DNA of 64,000 nucleotides, from positions 1,727-65,726 of the IMG/VR virus record IMGVR_UViG_3300020185_001680, one strand, 5' to 3'. Position numbers and translations under genes: made by a program. Below the pieces are notes generated by a model. It was given only the letters and a program-made list of their open reading frames with translations, was not told the origin of the DNA and did not search any database. This DNA comes from a virus. Lineage: Duplodnaviria; Caudoviricetes. This document shows, one piece after another, positions 19,701 to 28,213 of this stretch. Each line of letters starts with the position of its first letter. Within the stretch, counting starts at the first letter, position 1.

Positions 19701-22427
19701 GCCGGTACTGTTATAAGAACCTCTTGTCATATCTTGATTGAATTTTTTAAATTCATTCTTGTTAACACTATCCCATGCCGCGGCTACTGTTTCTGCATTT
19801 ACATTAGTAGCACTTGCTAAAGCATTAAAGAATTTTTTATTTTGTTCGCCATCTTGTAATGCACCACTTTGTGATGCCGACCACATTCCCTTAACAATTT
19901 TGTCACTTTCTGGTCCACTTAAAAAAGCAGGAAGTGTAATAATACTTTTCTTAAATAATTTGTCAACACCGTTTTGTATTGTGGTTAACTTCTTTTGTGG
20001 TGTTGATTGTGCCTGATTAGGAACTTGTACTCTATCTTCTTGTTGTAGTATTAATTTAGCCAACTTATCATATGTAAGTTCAAAGTCTGCTAGAGATTTT
20101 CTAAATTCACCAATGGATTTCGCATTAGGTTTTGCTCTACTTTTGTTTGAACTAAGGTCAAATCCTGCCTGTCCAATTGCCAGTGCAAAGTTTTCCTGTG
20201 CTTTTTTCAAATACAATGGTGCTTGTTTACTTGGTGCTTGTTTGTAAGGCCTTGTAATAGGTTCCTGTGCCTGTAAAGGCTCCATTTCTTCTACTTCTTC
20301 TACTTCCACCTTCTTGCCTGTTCTCTCTTCATAATCTGCAAGTGCTTGTTTCCACTGCTCATCTGCATTTGGCTGAGAGAATTCTCTATATCTAATTAGA
20401 CTGTTTACTGCTACAGCAACCGAATCCATTGAATCAATGTAAATGGCTTTATCAAAGTAGTCTTTAATAACATCTACAATAGGTAGTTCTACATCGAATC
20501 TACCTTTAACACGTTCTATATCTTTTGCATCAATTTCATCTAAACTGTTTATTAGTTTGAATAATGCTTTTACATAGTCTGCATTATACATTTTATCACT
20601 GTATGCCGCACTTAATGTTTCAGCATAACGTATAACTGCTTTTGCGGCTGTATCAAAGTTTAAATGATAGTCATTGCCGCCACCAATTCTAAATTCGATA
20701 AGTTGATTACCTGTCTGACTATCAGTTTGGTCTTTAAAGTTTATAGAACTAAACTTGCCTGGATTAATACCTTTTTTAAGAATATTTTCTATGTTTTTTA
20801 TAGTCTTGGTGTTTTCTGGACTCGATTTTAAGTCTTGTGCGGCTTTCTTTAAACTTTCAATCTGTGACTTTGCATAACTGTTGTTTGATCTACCAAATGT
20901 ACTCAACAAGTATTTGTCGCCTAACAGTACAGCAAGTTTAACTGGATTTACTTCTTCCTTTTCTTCGCTGTCTAAACTCATTGTAATGTGTAATCCACAA
21001 CTACTGTTCGTTTCTACATTTTCCTTTTGGAACCAATCGAACAGGCTTTTCATTTCTTCCAGCATTTGCTTAGGTGTATCGTAAACAGGAGAAATGACTT
21101 CTGCGCCTGTGCCTTCATCTGCATCAATACTGGTGTCAGTCTCTACACGCCAAAAGTCATTGTTAGTACCATAACTCGAGTGATATTCACCATGTTCCAC
21201 ATCATCACTAACTTTACTGTTATCGGTGGCCCAATTTCTTAACATGTCTGCTACTTCACCTACACCTTCGCCTGAGCCGTTTTCGTTATACAAGTAAATA
21301 CCGTGTTCACCTAAACAACTACTCCAACTACCGTATTCTCTATTAGCCCAGTCATCGTGATCATATTCAGATTCAGCTGTCTCAACTGCTGTTTCTAATG
21401 CTTCGCCATTGTCTCTGATTTTCTCTTCGAGCCACTCAATGTATTCATCTTCTCGTTGTTCTTCGGTATACTGTCTGCCCCATGCAATAAAGTCCCAATC
21501 TTCAAACTCTTCTTTTTGCTCATCGTCCATACCTTCTAATTCTTCTTCTTTGTACGCTTCTATATCATCTTCGTCTAGCATTGATTCAACAAAATCATTT
21601 AACTCATCTTCATCTTCTTTTCTATCTGCGACTAAGTCTTGCATTATGTCGCCTTCTAAATCATATGCCTTTTCATAAATCCATTCTCTGTATGCTTCAT
21701 TGATTGTGTCAACACTGCCACTGCCTTCTTGGTCTCTAATAAATTCTTCAATGTCGTACCAATTGTATTCGTACAACCAGTCGTCGTCATCACTTCCTCT
21801 GTCCATAACATCCTGGAATACTGTTTCTGCTTCGAATCCACATTTAATAGGACTGTTAAGTGCCTGCTGTGCAATATTTTTTCTATTAAAGTTTATTTCA
21901 AATATTTGTTCAGGTCCTTGTTCACGCAATTTAAATTTACGCACAAGTTTTTTCATGCCTGTTTTTATTTTGTTTAGTTTAAGATTTGATGAATTAGACT
22001 TACTCAACTTGGAAAGTTTACTAGCATTAAGTACTTGTACTTCTTCATCTGGGTCGACTAATTGGTACTCACCTTTAGGATCTTGTATTACAACTTTGTC
22101 TGGATTTGGATTGTTTCCAACTTTACTAACTACTTTTCCTGCTACTTCGCCTTTATCGTTGTGGTATTCTGCATCAACTTCTATATCCTTTGCTTTAGAC
22201 TTCGTGTAAGTTGGTTCTACTTTCTCAGGCTCTGCATCTTTAACATCTAACCCAGGTGTCACTGTTGGACTACCTTTATCTACTTTAGTAGTTGTAGGAG
22301 TTGTAGGTTTAGCATTTGCTTTTGCTGTTGCCCCAGTCTTTTGTTGACTAGTGGGTGTACTTGCTCCAGAACTCATACCATATTCTGCTAGTACACTTTC
22401 TAAAGTTCTCACATCCGTAAATTTCAT
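16719..22427 (-). CDS. 1902-aa polyvalent protein: putative amidoligase (COOH-NH2 ligase) domain plus C-terminal PD-(D/E)XK-like domain
   Basis: CGFEAE, ETDTSI, GAEVISP, TNSSCGLHITMS, KFSSIN, IEFRIGG; C-terminal GPGEYGL...GEGDLEIKGIGKVELKA. Confidence 0.75.
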   Translation of the reverse strand: MKFTDVRTLESVLAEYGMSSGASTPTSQQKTGATAKANAKPTTPTTTKVDKGSPTVTPGLDVKDAEPEKVEPTYTKSKAKDIEVDAEYHNDKGEVAGKVVSKVGNNPNPDKVVIQDPKGEYQLVDPDEEVQVLNASKLSKLSKSNSSNLKLNKIKTGMKKLVRKFKLREQGPEQIFEINFNRKNIAQQALNSPIKCGFEAETVFQDVMDRGSDDDDWLYEYNWYDIEEFIRDQEGSGSVDTINEAYREWIYEKAYDLEGDIMQDLVADRKEDEDELNDFVESMLDEDDIEAYKEEELEGMDDEQKEEFEDWDFIAWGRQYTEEQREDEYIEWLEEKIRDNGEALETAVETAESEYDHDDWANREYGSWSSCLGEHGIYLYNENGSGEGVGEVADMLRNWATDNSKVSDDVEHGEYHSSYGTNNDFWRVETDTSIDADEGTGAEVISPVYDTPKQMLEEMKSLFDWFQKENVETNSSCGLHITMSLDSEEKEEVNPVKLAVLLGDKYLLSTFGRSNNSYAKSQIESLKKAAQDLKSSPENTKTIKNIENILKKGINPGKFSSINFKDQTDSQTGNQLIEFRIGGGNDYHLNFDTAAKAVIRYAETLSAAYSDKMYNADYVKALFKLINSLDEIDAKDIERVKGRFDVELPIVDVIKDYFDKAIYIDSMDSVAVAVNSLIRYREFSQPNADEQWKQALADYEERTGKKVEVEEVEEMEPLQAQEPITRPYKQAPSKQAPLYLKKAQENFALAIGQAGFDLSSNKSRAKPNAKSIGEFRKSLADFELTYDKLAKLILQQEDRVQVPNQAQSTPQKKLTTIQNGVDKLFKKSIITLPAFLSGPESDKIVKGMWSASQSGALQDGEQNKKFFNALASATNVNAETVAAAWDSVNKNEFKKFNQDMTRGSYNSTGINSDNSWFPVGSPVNKAGLKKLLTHLADYEEWNHPVKKGHNPQVSGDDSYTDNALSKMQINLRKRFEEIQRMKDVQPAQHYDMLKVVSKSLTELLSAVQATDKMMPEMDPSLKGDEAHGMSQDGLDYFGMRSSQAETLTTIARQLANPAGADPFSETPLIQVQQQLQTYLNDVFERNHLAKAKYGADVFTRGKLPELIKTRTDAISKFINTVDKLGKELGFDSTGIDVDKKKQLPKKQKQFMKKHGDPSIAKIKAFSFGGDVMVKKEFAKELSTLGERELTSRLQQPGSIHATQYKDILIMPWAHSSAIRDAIEILNNPEKYKDNWRWPVAEEMKTRFINKYGYDYESVFDHFVSYNESNIKQILQKRGVEFTDELGDGREPNFAPLVTPDVAKGPDGEPFSPTSATVWKMNKENAFDEFDGLPLEEQINIINKVSKDKIDKLYENKDDLPSGYHKWKVSYKDGRTEEVIAQSTYGVRRKLGNGKDVSKKELGIKSIKKIPQIGRKPKGSFGFNNKGFTKDQRDLKKIKDKEFEKDPGSYVHDRNMSHANIEESVPDFKQVDTINRLMSDHFPVGDLKKQMLAYQAIPVPAMLDHFRQLRAEAGDDACARNILQMFVGVLPDETKAKIRMTEWSKQHVTKLINEYTDLGVEKDTIIKTISGLDASNEQHANILDRIYKLLNSDHIGKTLDKAFSFPLMDEPLSDKQKSKVIQDVTRIIGGLDSDYGTMSGFIARLEKQGTVVNIKELDKPINSFQAVFGDDISISAFRALTSYGVGVNQKGPGEYGLACLSNQISLAEGEGDLEIKGIGKVELKAATSSTGGRIGYGGGSQKAKRAVIDKYAEYIPTVMSSIGGQGGSLGWTKFINGLNVDLPATDVNNQKVRKAIAQELFTMDMEGYAGPLCDAIATQTDITQLENVYLTQNFLWYKDRDDFDGLLLISIPNMKTAMIKNEKDLIAFRRSGHSMSTSISVIPTQAGAGREQWAQLSLNKGVL

Positions 22428-22430
22428 GTA

Positions 22431-22712
22431 TTATCGCCTGTTTAATGTTCTTAATCTTCTACTTGCAGGATTAAGTCTTTTTGTTCTTTGCGACTTTCTA
22501 GAAAGTCTTTTGCCCATTCTTGCTTTTGTTTTTTTCAACGTCATACGTTTTTTCATATTGATAGGAGCAGAACATTGTGCTGGGCTACTAACTACTCTAC
22601 CTTTACGCCTTCCGCTAGTACATCTAACAGCACGTTTGATCTTCTTACCGCTTCTACGCCAAACCATTCTGGCTTCAGTAATTGTATCTTCTGTTATATC
22701 TTCTAGTCTCAT
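22431..22712 (-). CDS. Highly basic small protein (protamine-like) with acidic leader
   Basis: MRLEDITEDTITE followed by an Arg/Lys-rich region with two Cys. Confidence 0.75.
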   Translation of the reverse strand: MRLEDITEDTITEARMVWRRSGKKIKRAVRCTSGRRKGRVVSSPAQCSAPINMKKRMTLKKTKARMGKRLSRKSQRTKRLNPASRRLRTLNRR

Positions 22713-22960
22713 TATTTTCCAAATACATTAACCATCAAACCGATTACTACAGCAATAAGTGTTGTAAAACTAGTACCAACTATTGCTACCAACCAGTTCT
22801 CTAATTTATTAAGTCTTTGTTTTGTATCGTCTTTGAATTCTCTTAGTTCAGTAGTGATACTTTCTATTCTCAGCATGTCTGCAATAATGTGTGCTTCTAA
22901 GTTGCCCTTTTCTGCATACACTTCTTGTTCAACTGGTTTTGGTTGATTACGTTCTTCCAT
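22712..22960 (-). CDS. Small coiled-coil protein with C-terminal transmembrane helix (XhlA/holin-like architecture)
   Basis: ...KQRLNKLENWLVAIVGTSFTTLIAVVIGLMVNVFGK. Confidence 0.55.
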   Translation of the reverse strand: MEERNQPKPVEQEVYAEKGNLEAHIIADMLRIESITTELREFKDDTKQRLNKLENWLVAIVGTSFTTLIAVVIGLMVNVFGK

Positions 22961-22961
22961 T

Positions 22962-23366
22962 TTACAATAAATCCTGTTTAGTAAATTCCATATTAATACT
23001 TGTTTTAGTATTAATTGTCCCGTCGTTTAAAACGACAAGGTCTAACTCGTCTATCAATGTCTGTACCGTATGTGCTCCGGGCTGTTCTGTTGCGAACTTA
23101 AAGATATAACCTGCACCTGTTAAACTTGGTGCTCCGTAATTCTCTAGTAAGTTCTGCCCTATACCATTTAAAAATACAGGATTATTCATCACTGTTGGCA
23201 TAGCTCTCAAACCAATTACCTGAACAACGCTCTCAAAATCTTTCTGTGTAGCATCTGCAAAATCACCAGTTACGGATATATCTAAAGATGTAAACAGTGT
23301 AAAAAATTCTATGTTACCAGTTAGTACTTCAACTGATCCCATTGCTCCTGTTCTTGTCATACTCAT
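22962..23366 (-). CDS. Small virion structural protein candidate (paralog family member 3)
   Basis: Start revised to MSMTRTGAMG (ATG 23366, GGAG RBS, late box 23390-23397). Confidence 0.65.
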   Translation of the reverse strand: MSMTRTGAMGSVEVLTGNIEFFTLFTSLDISVTGDFADATQKDFESVVQVIGLRAMPTVMNNPVFLNGIGQNLLENYGAPSLTGAGYIFKFATEQPGAHTVQTLIDELDLVVLNDGTINTKTSINMEFTKQDLL

Positions 23367-23432
23367 GTGTGTCTCCGTGTTATTTGTAGTATTTATCATT
23401 ATACACAAAAATATGGCTCCGGAACGAAAGCC

Positions 23433-23462
23433 AAAAAAAAGCACACCGTAGTGTGCTTTTTT
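23433..23462. terminator. Bidirectional rho-independent terminator
   Basis: A8-GCACAC-CGTA-GTGTGC-T6. Confidence 0.85.
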
Positions 23463-23484
23463 AAAAGTTGTAAAGTAGTTAAAC

Positions 23485-23814
23485 TTACGCTACTCTATAT
23501 TCACCTGCTGTTGCAGTTGCGTTTGCACCGTTACCAGTTAATGCTGGTTGGATTGCCGCTAATACTGATGCCGCTGAAGGTTGACCTTCTACTGCTACAT
23601 GCATTACTGTTGCTGAAACAGAAGTAATAATTACTGGTGTACAGATTGTTGCTAAAGCTGAAACTAATGCTTCACCTTTGTTTGCCGCACCTGCTGTGAA
23701 ACCAAATGAACTGATGTCATCTACTCCGTCTACTTCGTCGATGATGAAGTGGCTTAAAGAACCTACTAATAGTTGTCCTTCTGCTACTGCACCGTTTACT
23801 CTTGTTTGTGCCAT
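23485..23814 (-). CDS. Small Ala-rich virion structural protein candidate (paralog family member 2)
   Basis: MAQTRVNGAV...; AGGAG RBS, late box 23866-23873, own terminator. Confidence 0.75.
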   Translation of the reverse strand: MAQTRVNGAVAEGQLLVGSLSHFIIDEVDGVDDISSFGFTAGAANKGEALVSALATICTPVIITSVSATVMHVAVEGQPSAASVLAAIQPALTGNGANATATAGEYRVA

Positions 23815-23883
23815 GTTAATCTCCTAAACTTGGTTGTATGCTCTTCAGCATACGCTTGTTACTTTTATTTATCTAAATCAGTC

Positions 23884-23914
23884 AAAAAAAAGCACCAAGT
23901 AAATGGTGCTTTTT
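23884..23914. terminator. Bidirectional rho-independent terminator
   Basis: A8-GCACCA-AGTAAA-TGGTGC-T5. Confidence 0.85.
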
Positions 23915-23935
23915 CATTGTTTTTATTACAATTTC

Positions 23936-24304
23936 TTATAGATCGAAAGCAGTAATTGTTGCTAATGCTAAGTTAACACCGTCAACTGTGCCCAATGAAA
24001 TAATAACGTCTTCTAAGTGAGCCGCTAATGTTTCTGAGTTAGTTCCATCATAAGTGTCAGTACCGTGTTCGCCTTCAAAAAGGATTCTAAGTCCTTGTCC
24101 AGCTCCACCTGTTGCGTCGACTGTGCCAACTGCTACTGGTGTTAAACCTTCAATACCAAATGCTTTTAATACTGAATCAACACATCCGCCTACAGCCAAT
24201 TTAGCTGAAACGTCTGCACCGAAATCGATCTGGATACCTGCTAAAGGTAGACCACTGTAGTGACCAGCGGCAACTGCCGCCCCTGCGTTTTGAGTTTGTG
24301 CCAT
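23936..24304 (-). CDS. Small Ala/Gly-rich virion structural protein candidate (paralog family member 1)
   Basis: MAQTQNAGAAV...; AGGAG RBS, late box 24336-24343, own terminator. Confidence 0.75.
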   Translation of the reverse strand: MAQTQNAGAAVAAGHYSGLPLAGIQIDFGADVSAKLAVGGCVDSVLKAFGIEGLTPVAVGTVDATGGAGQGLRILFEGEHGTDTYDGTNSETLAAHLEDVIISLGTVDGVNLALATITAFDL

Positions 24305-24376
24305 TTTTATTCTCCTAAAATGTATATGTTACACTTATTTATGCCAATTGGCTTAAAAATAGTTTTAATTATTGTA

Positions 24377-24892
24377 TTATTTAGGAGTAGTGCCGATAAT
24401 ATTCTTAAGTTGTTGTGCCCTTTTAGATGCTCTATTCTTGCCAGCATCGAAGTTTGCCTTCCCAGTTTGTTTAACATCAAAGGATGAAGGGCCTTTTGGA
24501 GCCTTAAGTTCTCTACCTTTTCTTAAATGTCCGTGGGTCATATCGTCCCAACCCTTGTTTACACTTTTGCTAGGACTAATGTCTAGTCCTTTCTTTTTCG
24601 TTTGCTGTGGGCTATTAGATTTTGATGTAGAAGAATTACGCCTCATTATCTTATCTTCGATGTCAGGGTGTACCTGTATCATTGCCATTTTAACTGCTAT
24701 ACCTGGAGTAATACTAGGACCACCTGTGGTAAATTTGCCAATTGCTACGGACTTTACAGCCGCCTTGTCTACTCCTTCGTATCCGGGGCGTCTGTTTCCA
24801 GGAGGACCTATCTCATCATCAATCTCACTGTCAATCATTTCAGCAGTTGATTGTTCTTCTTCTAAGTTTTGTACAATTTCGTAAATCTTCAT
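24377..24892 (-). CDS. Hypothetical protein with putative capsid-targeting leader
   Basis: MKIYEIVQNLEE; exact T4 late box TATAAATA (24898-24905) 5 nt upstream of ATG. Confidence 0.7.
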   Translation of the reverse strand: MKIYEIVQNLEEEQSTAEMIDSEIDDEIGPPGNRRPGYEGVDKAAVKSVAIGKFTTGGPSITPGIAVKMAMIQVHPDIEDKIMRRNSSTSKSNSPQQTKKKGLDISPSKSVNKGWDDMTHGHLRKGRELKAPKGPSSFDVKQTGKANFDAGKNRASKRAQQLKNIIGTTPK

Positions 24893-24900
24893 ATCTATAT

Positions 24901-25644
24901 TTATACCTTTTTTCGTCCACTGGCCCAGTAGCCTGCAATCTTTCCTATACCTGAACCAGTTGTGCCTTGTATTTTAGTCTTAGTAAGTGTTGGTATTACT
25001 GGACTGTCCTTATAACCAGACTTTTTACTAGTGTCAGTATACTTTCTTTCTCTTTTCATAGCATGTAAATGCTCGTATGAGTCACTTGCTTTGCCTCTTA
25101 GCATTGTTTGTTGTTGCATTAACTTAGATACCACAAACTGTTTTTGGGCATATTTTAAATCTTCCCAATCTATAATTAAACGCCTTAACTGTTTGAACAA
25201 AGAGTTTGTTATTTTTAATTGTGTTTCCAATCTTACAAGGAATGCTGTTGTCTCACTTCTATTCGGTGGACGCACAGCCATTCTTTTTATAAAATTAAAA
25301 TGTCTTCTGTTTTGAAATTGTACAGATTTTAATAGTTTTTGTTCTCTAGTAGAGATGTTTAAACTTTGATACTCCGGATTATCTAAAGCAAACGCCAATA
25401 CATATATATCAGTTGATGTTGTTCTAAAAAGTGCATAAGGACCAAACTGTGTTGTCTTTCTTGCATAACCAACAGAGTAATCTCGTTGCTTAGAGTCTCT
25501 GTTAAACATAATAAGTTGTAGTGTTTGCAAATACAGTAGGTCTGCAATAGACCTACCTTTAAGCATACCAAAGTTACTTGTTGTTCTTAATAATTTGCTC
25601 TCTGATAAATCCTGGTTTATCATTTGGAAGTCGTATTGTGCCAT
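24901..25644 (-). CDS. Hypothetical protein
   Basis: Start revised to MAQYDF (ATG 25644, 1 nt after the upstream stop). Confidence 0.7.
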   Translation of the reverse strand: MAQYDFQMINQDLSESKLLRTTSNFGMLKGRSIADLLYLQTLQLIMFNRDSKQRDYSVGYARKTTQFGPYALFRTTSTDIYVLAFALDNPEYQSLNISTREQKLLKSVQFQNRRHFNFIKRMAVRPPNRSETTAFLVRLETQLKITNSLFKQLRRLIIDWEDLKYAQKQFVVSKLMQQQTMLRGKASDSYEHLHAMKRERKYTDTSKKSGYKDSPVIPTLTKTKIQGTTGSGIGKIAGYWASGRKKV

Positions 25645-25645
25645 A

Positions 25646-26959
25646 TTATGAGCCCGGCTTACCTGAGCCAAAATTTAGTCTACTAAACTCTAGCCTATCA
25701 ACTAGTTTAAGAGCATTGCCTATCCTGTCTACAGCAACAAACCCTTCCTCTGCCGTAACGTCGAAACCTGTATCTGTTTGTATAAACGTTCCGATTTGTT
25801 TAATTTGTTCTAGTTTCTTAACAATCTTAAGTTTTGCTTCAATAAGTTTTAAGTACAAGTCATATACTGCTACAATACTCGGAACATGTTCTTTGATAAA
25901 CTTAACACCTTGTATCATCATCTCTGTCTTAGCATCTATGCTTTTTTGTGTACTGACTTTAGCAATTTCTTTTTCCATGTAGTTAATATATTTTGTAACA
26001 AAGTCTTGTGCAAATTTTGTAGGTTCGTCAAAATGACCTTGTCTAACTTGATTATTAGCATGTGCTTTGAGCTGAGGTAAAAATACTTTGTCGCCTATTA
26101 AATCTGTGCCTTGTTGCAACCATTTAAATGTTTCTGTATCAATAGTCTTAAGATAGTCATTTGCCACAGTTATAGCATTCAGTATGTCATCGCTTTCTTC
26201 AGTAGTCATTGTAACTGTGCCGCTGAGGTCTTTGATAAGTGCATCTCTGTGCCATACACCGTTTGCTTGTCCTAACACACTGCTGTCAAATCCAAAACTT
26301 GCATTTGTGTCTGCTAGTGTAGGGCCGCCTACATATTCTGTGTGCCATACTATGCCAAACTCTGAGTTTAATATTTGTTTTGCCATGTCACTGTTCTTAG
26401 GAACAGCATAAGTTATTGTATTAGGTTTAAAAATTATATGCTCTTGGTTATCAAGAGTAACTGTTTTGATGTCTTTACTTCCAGCAAACAACATGTCACC
26501 TTGTGCTACAGTGTCCCAGTTTAATCTACCGAGATACTTCAGTGCCAGTTTTAACTTTCGTCTCAACCCTTCGGCACTTTTAGGTTCGCCTTTTTGAACA
26601 GTGTCCGGGTGATTAGCGTCTATATCCTTGTCAGTAAAGTTAATTTTAGGCTGGCGTGTTGCAAACACACCTTTAGTACCTACAAAAAACTTGCCTGTTG
26701 CAGGATCTTTTCCGCATATTAATGCAGGTGCTCCATCCCACTTAGTAGTCATTGATATCGGTGATTTTGCGTTACCATCGAGCATAGAATGTAAACTGTA
26801 TAAGTAATCTACTGCTTCTTTGGCACCTGGATACCCTTTCATTAATATATTATCTTCTAAATGTTCCAAATGGGTATTCTTACCATCCTTACCTTCTAAC
26901 AATATGCTTTCGCTAAGAATAGATGTGACTAATGGTTTTGATATTTCAATAAATTTCAT
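25646..26959 (-). CDS. Ligase-like nucleotidyltransferase (KxDG motif; DUF6267-like) with leader
   Basis: GKNTHLEHLED...TTKWDGAPA...FFVGTKGVF...QGDMLF...FKPNTITY...EGFV...LKLVDRLEFS; late box 26984-26991. Confidence 0.7.
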   Translation of the reverse strand: MKFIEISKPLVTSILSESILLEGKDGKNTHLEHLEDNILMKGYPGAKEAVDYLYSLHSMLDGNAKSPISMTTKWDGAPALICGKDPATGKFFVGTKGVFATRQPKINFTDKDIDANHPDTVQKGEPKSAEGLRRKLKLALKYLGRLNWDTVAQGDMLFAGSKDIKTVTLDNQEHIIFKPNTITYAVPKNSDMAKQILNSEFGIVWHTEYVGGPTLADTNASFGFDSSVLGQANGVWHRDALIKDLSGTVTMTTEESDDILNAITVANDYLKTIDTETFKWLQQGTDLIGDKVFLPQLKAHANNQVRQGHFDEPTKFAQDFVTKYINYMEKEIAKVSTQKSIDAKTEMMIQGVKFIKEHVPSIVAVYDLYLKLIEAKLKIVKKLEQIKQIGTFIQTDTGFDVTAEEGFVAVDRIGNALKLVDRLEFSRLNFGSGKPGS

Positions 26960-27004
26960 ATTAACTCACTGTTAAGTTACATGTATTTATCACATTATAA
27001 CAGT

Positions 27005-28213
27005 TTATTTAATATTCGTCAACTGCTTCATAAACGGATCGAAGTAAGAGTTGTATGTTTCAGCTGAATAAAAATGGTCGGCATTGCGTTTTTCCCTATC
27101 AATATCTCTTACATAGTCTGATTGCATAAACTTTCTTATGCTGTCCATAAGCATAGTTTGACGTTTAGCATAATCTACTTCTGTGTCGTACGAATGGTCT
27201 AGTACATCGTCATACACATCAAACCCTTGTTCTCTAAGGTATGCTATTGAACCAGATCCTGCTTGTGCAAAGAACGGCATGCCTAATGCTATAGGCTTGT
27301 AAGTCTTTTCTGTTAAAAACACGTTGCTGTCTGCCCACCATGTAGTAGTTTCAGTTGCTATATTACACACACTGTTTGAATAAGCATCGTTAACATCTAT
27401 TCCGGTTCGTATAACTTTATCCATTAGATTATATTCTGAACTTTCTTGCACTCTTATAGGCAATAGATGCCATTGTTGTTTTAGGGTGTCATCGATATAC
27501 TGTAGTTCAGTATCGTTAAGTGCTACACGCGATGGTCCCATATACTCATACAATGCCTTTGGCACGGTGTTATTATCCGTTAATATGTTTCCTGATTTTG
27601 TTTGGGTTAATCCTAACCCATGAAAAGAAAAATACATATCTTTAAAGAAATCTTCTTTAACTAAATTAGTAAACATGTGTATTCTAGAAGGTCTTGCAAC
27701 TCTATTTAAACAAGACAATTTATGCTGTTTGTGTTGGGGCGGAATAGTCTTTGTTACATGATTATATGTAAGAAAATAAAACATGTTAAAGTGTATTATG
27801 TTATAGTAAGGATCTGTTTGATTAGGGTCTGAAGATAGAATAACTTTAGGCTCTTTTATACTGTCATACAAAGTGCGTATATCAGCATTTTGCTTCAGCA
27901 TTATTTTTTTACTTGCTTCTAAATTTTTGTGGCCACCAGTTTGTGTGTCTCTATCTAAACCCATAAGATTTGGCTCACACGCAAAAAGTATAATAACAAG
28001 GTCTGGTTTAAACTCGGATTTTGTTAGTTCTCTATAGAAAGCCAATGTTGCAGGAATACAATACATTGTTCTATCGCATAATATAAGAATTTTTTTATCT
28101 AATTGTTGTGCAATATCATACCAAAAGGACTTCTCTAACGCAAAATAAATATCGTCTGAAGGATTAGAAATAAATTTACAGTTGTCCGAACCACTGACGT
28201 GTGGATTGTCCAC
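27005..28213 (-). CDS. Glycosyltransferase-like protein (paralog 2)
   Basis: LSCLNRVARPSR...NIATET...FLTEKTYKPIALGMPF...LREQGFDVYDDVLDHSYD. Confidence 0.6.
   Translation of the reverse strand: MDNPHVSGSDNCKFISNPSDDIYFALEKSFWYDIAQQLDKKILILCDRTMYCIPATLAFYRELTKSEFKPDLVIILFACEPNLMGLDRDTQTGGHKNLEASKKIMLKQNADIRTLYDSIKEPKVILSSDPNQTDPYYNIIHFNMFYFLTYNHVTKTIPPQHKQHKLSCLNRVARPSRIHMFTNLVKEDFFKDMYFSFHGLGLTQTKSGNILTDNNTVPKALYEYMGPSRVALNDTELQYIDDTLKQQWHLLPIRVQESSEYNLMDKVIRTGIDVNDAYSNSVCNIATETTTWWADSNVFLTEKTYKPIALGMPFFAQAGSGSIAYLREQGFDVYDDVLDHSYDTEVDYAKRQTMLMDSIRKFMQSDYVRDIDREKRNADHFYSAETYNSYFDPFMKQLTNIK

Noticed and set aside
21656-21874. Alternative-frame minus-strand ORFs nested in large genes (also 25383-25571, 52956-53300, 60528-60827)
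   Set aside because: Same-strand off-frame shadows with no RBS, motif or frameshift signal noticed.
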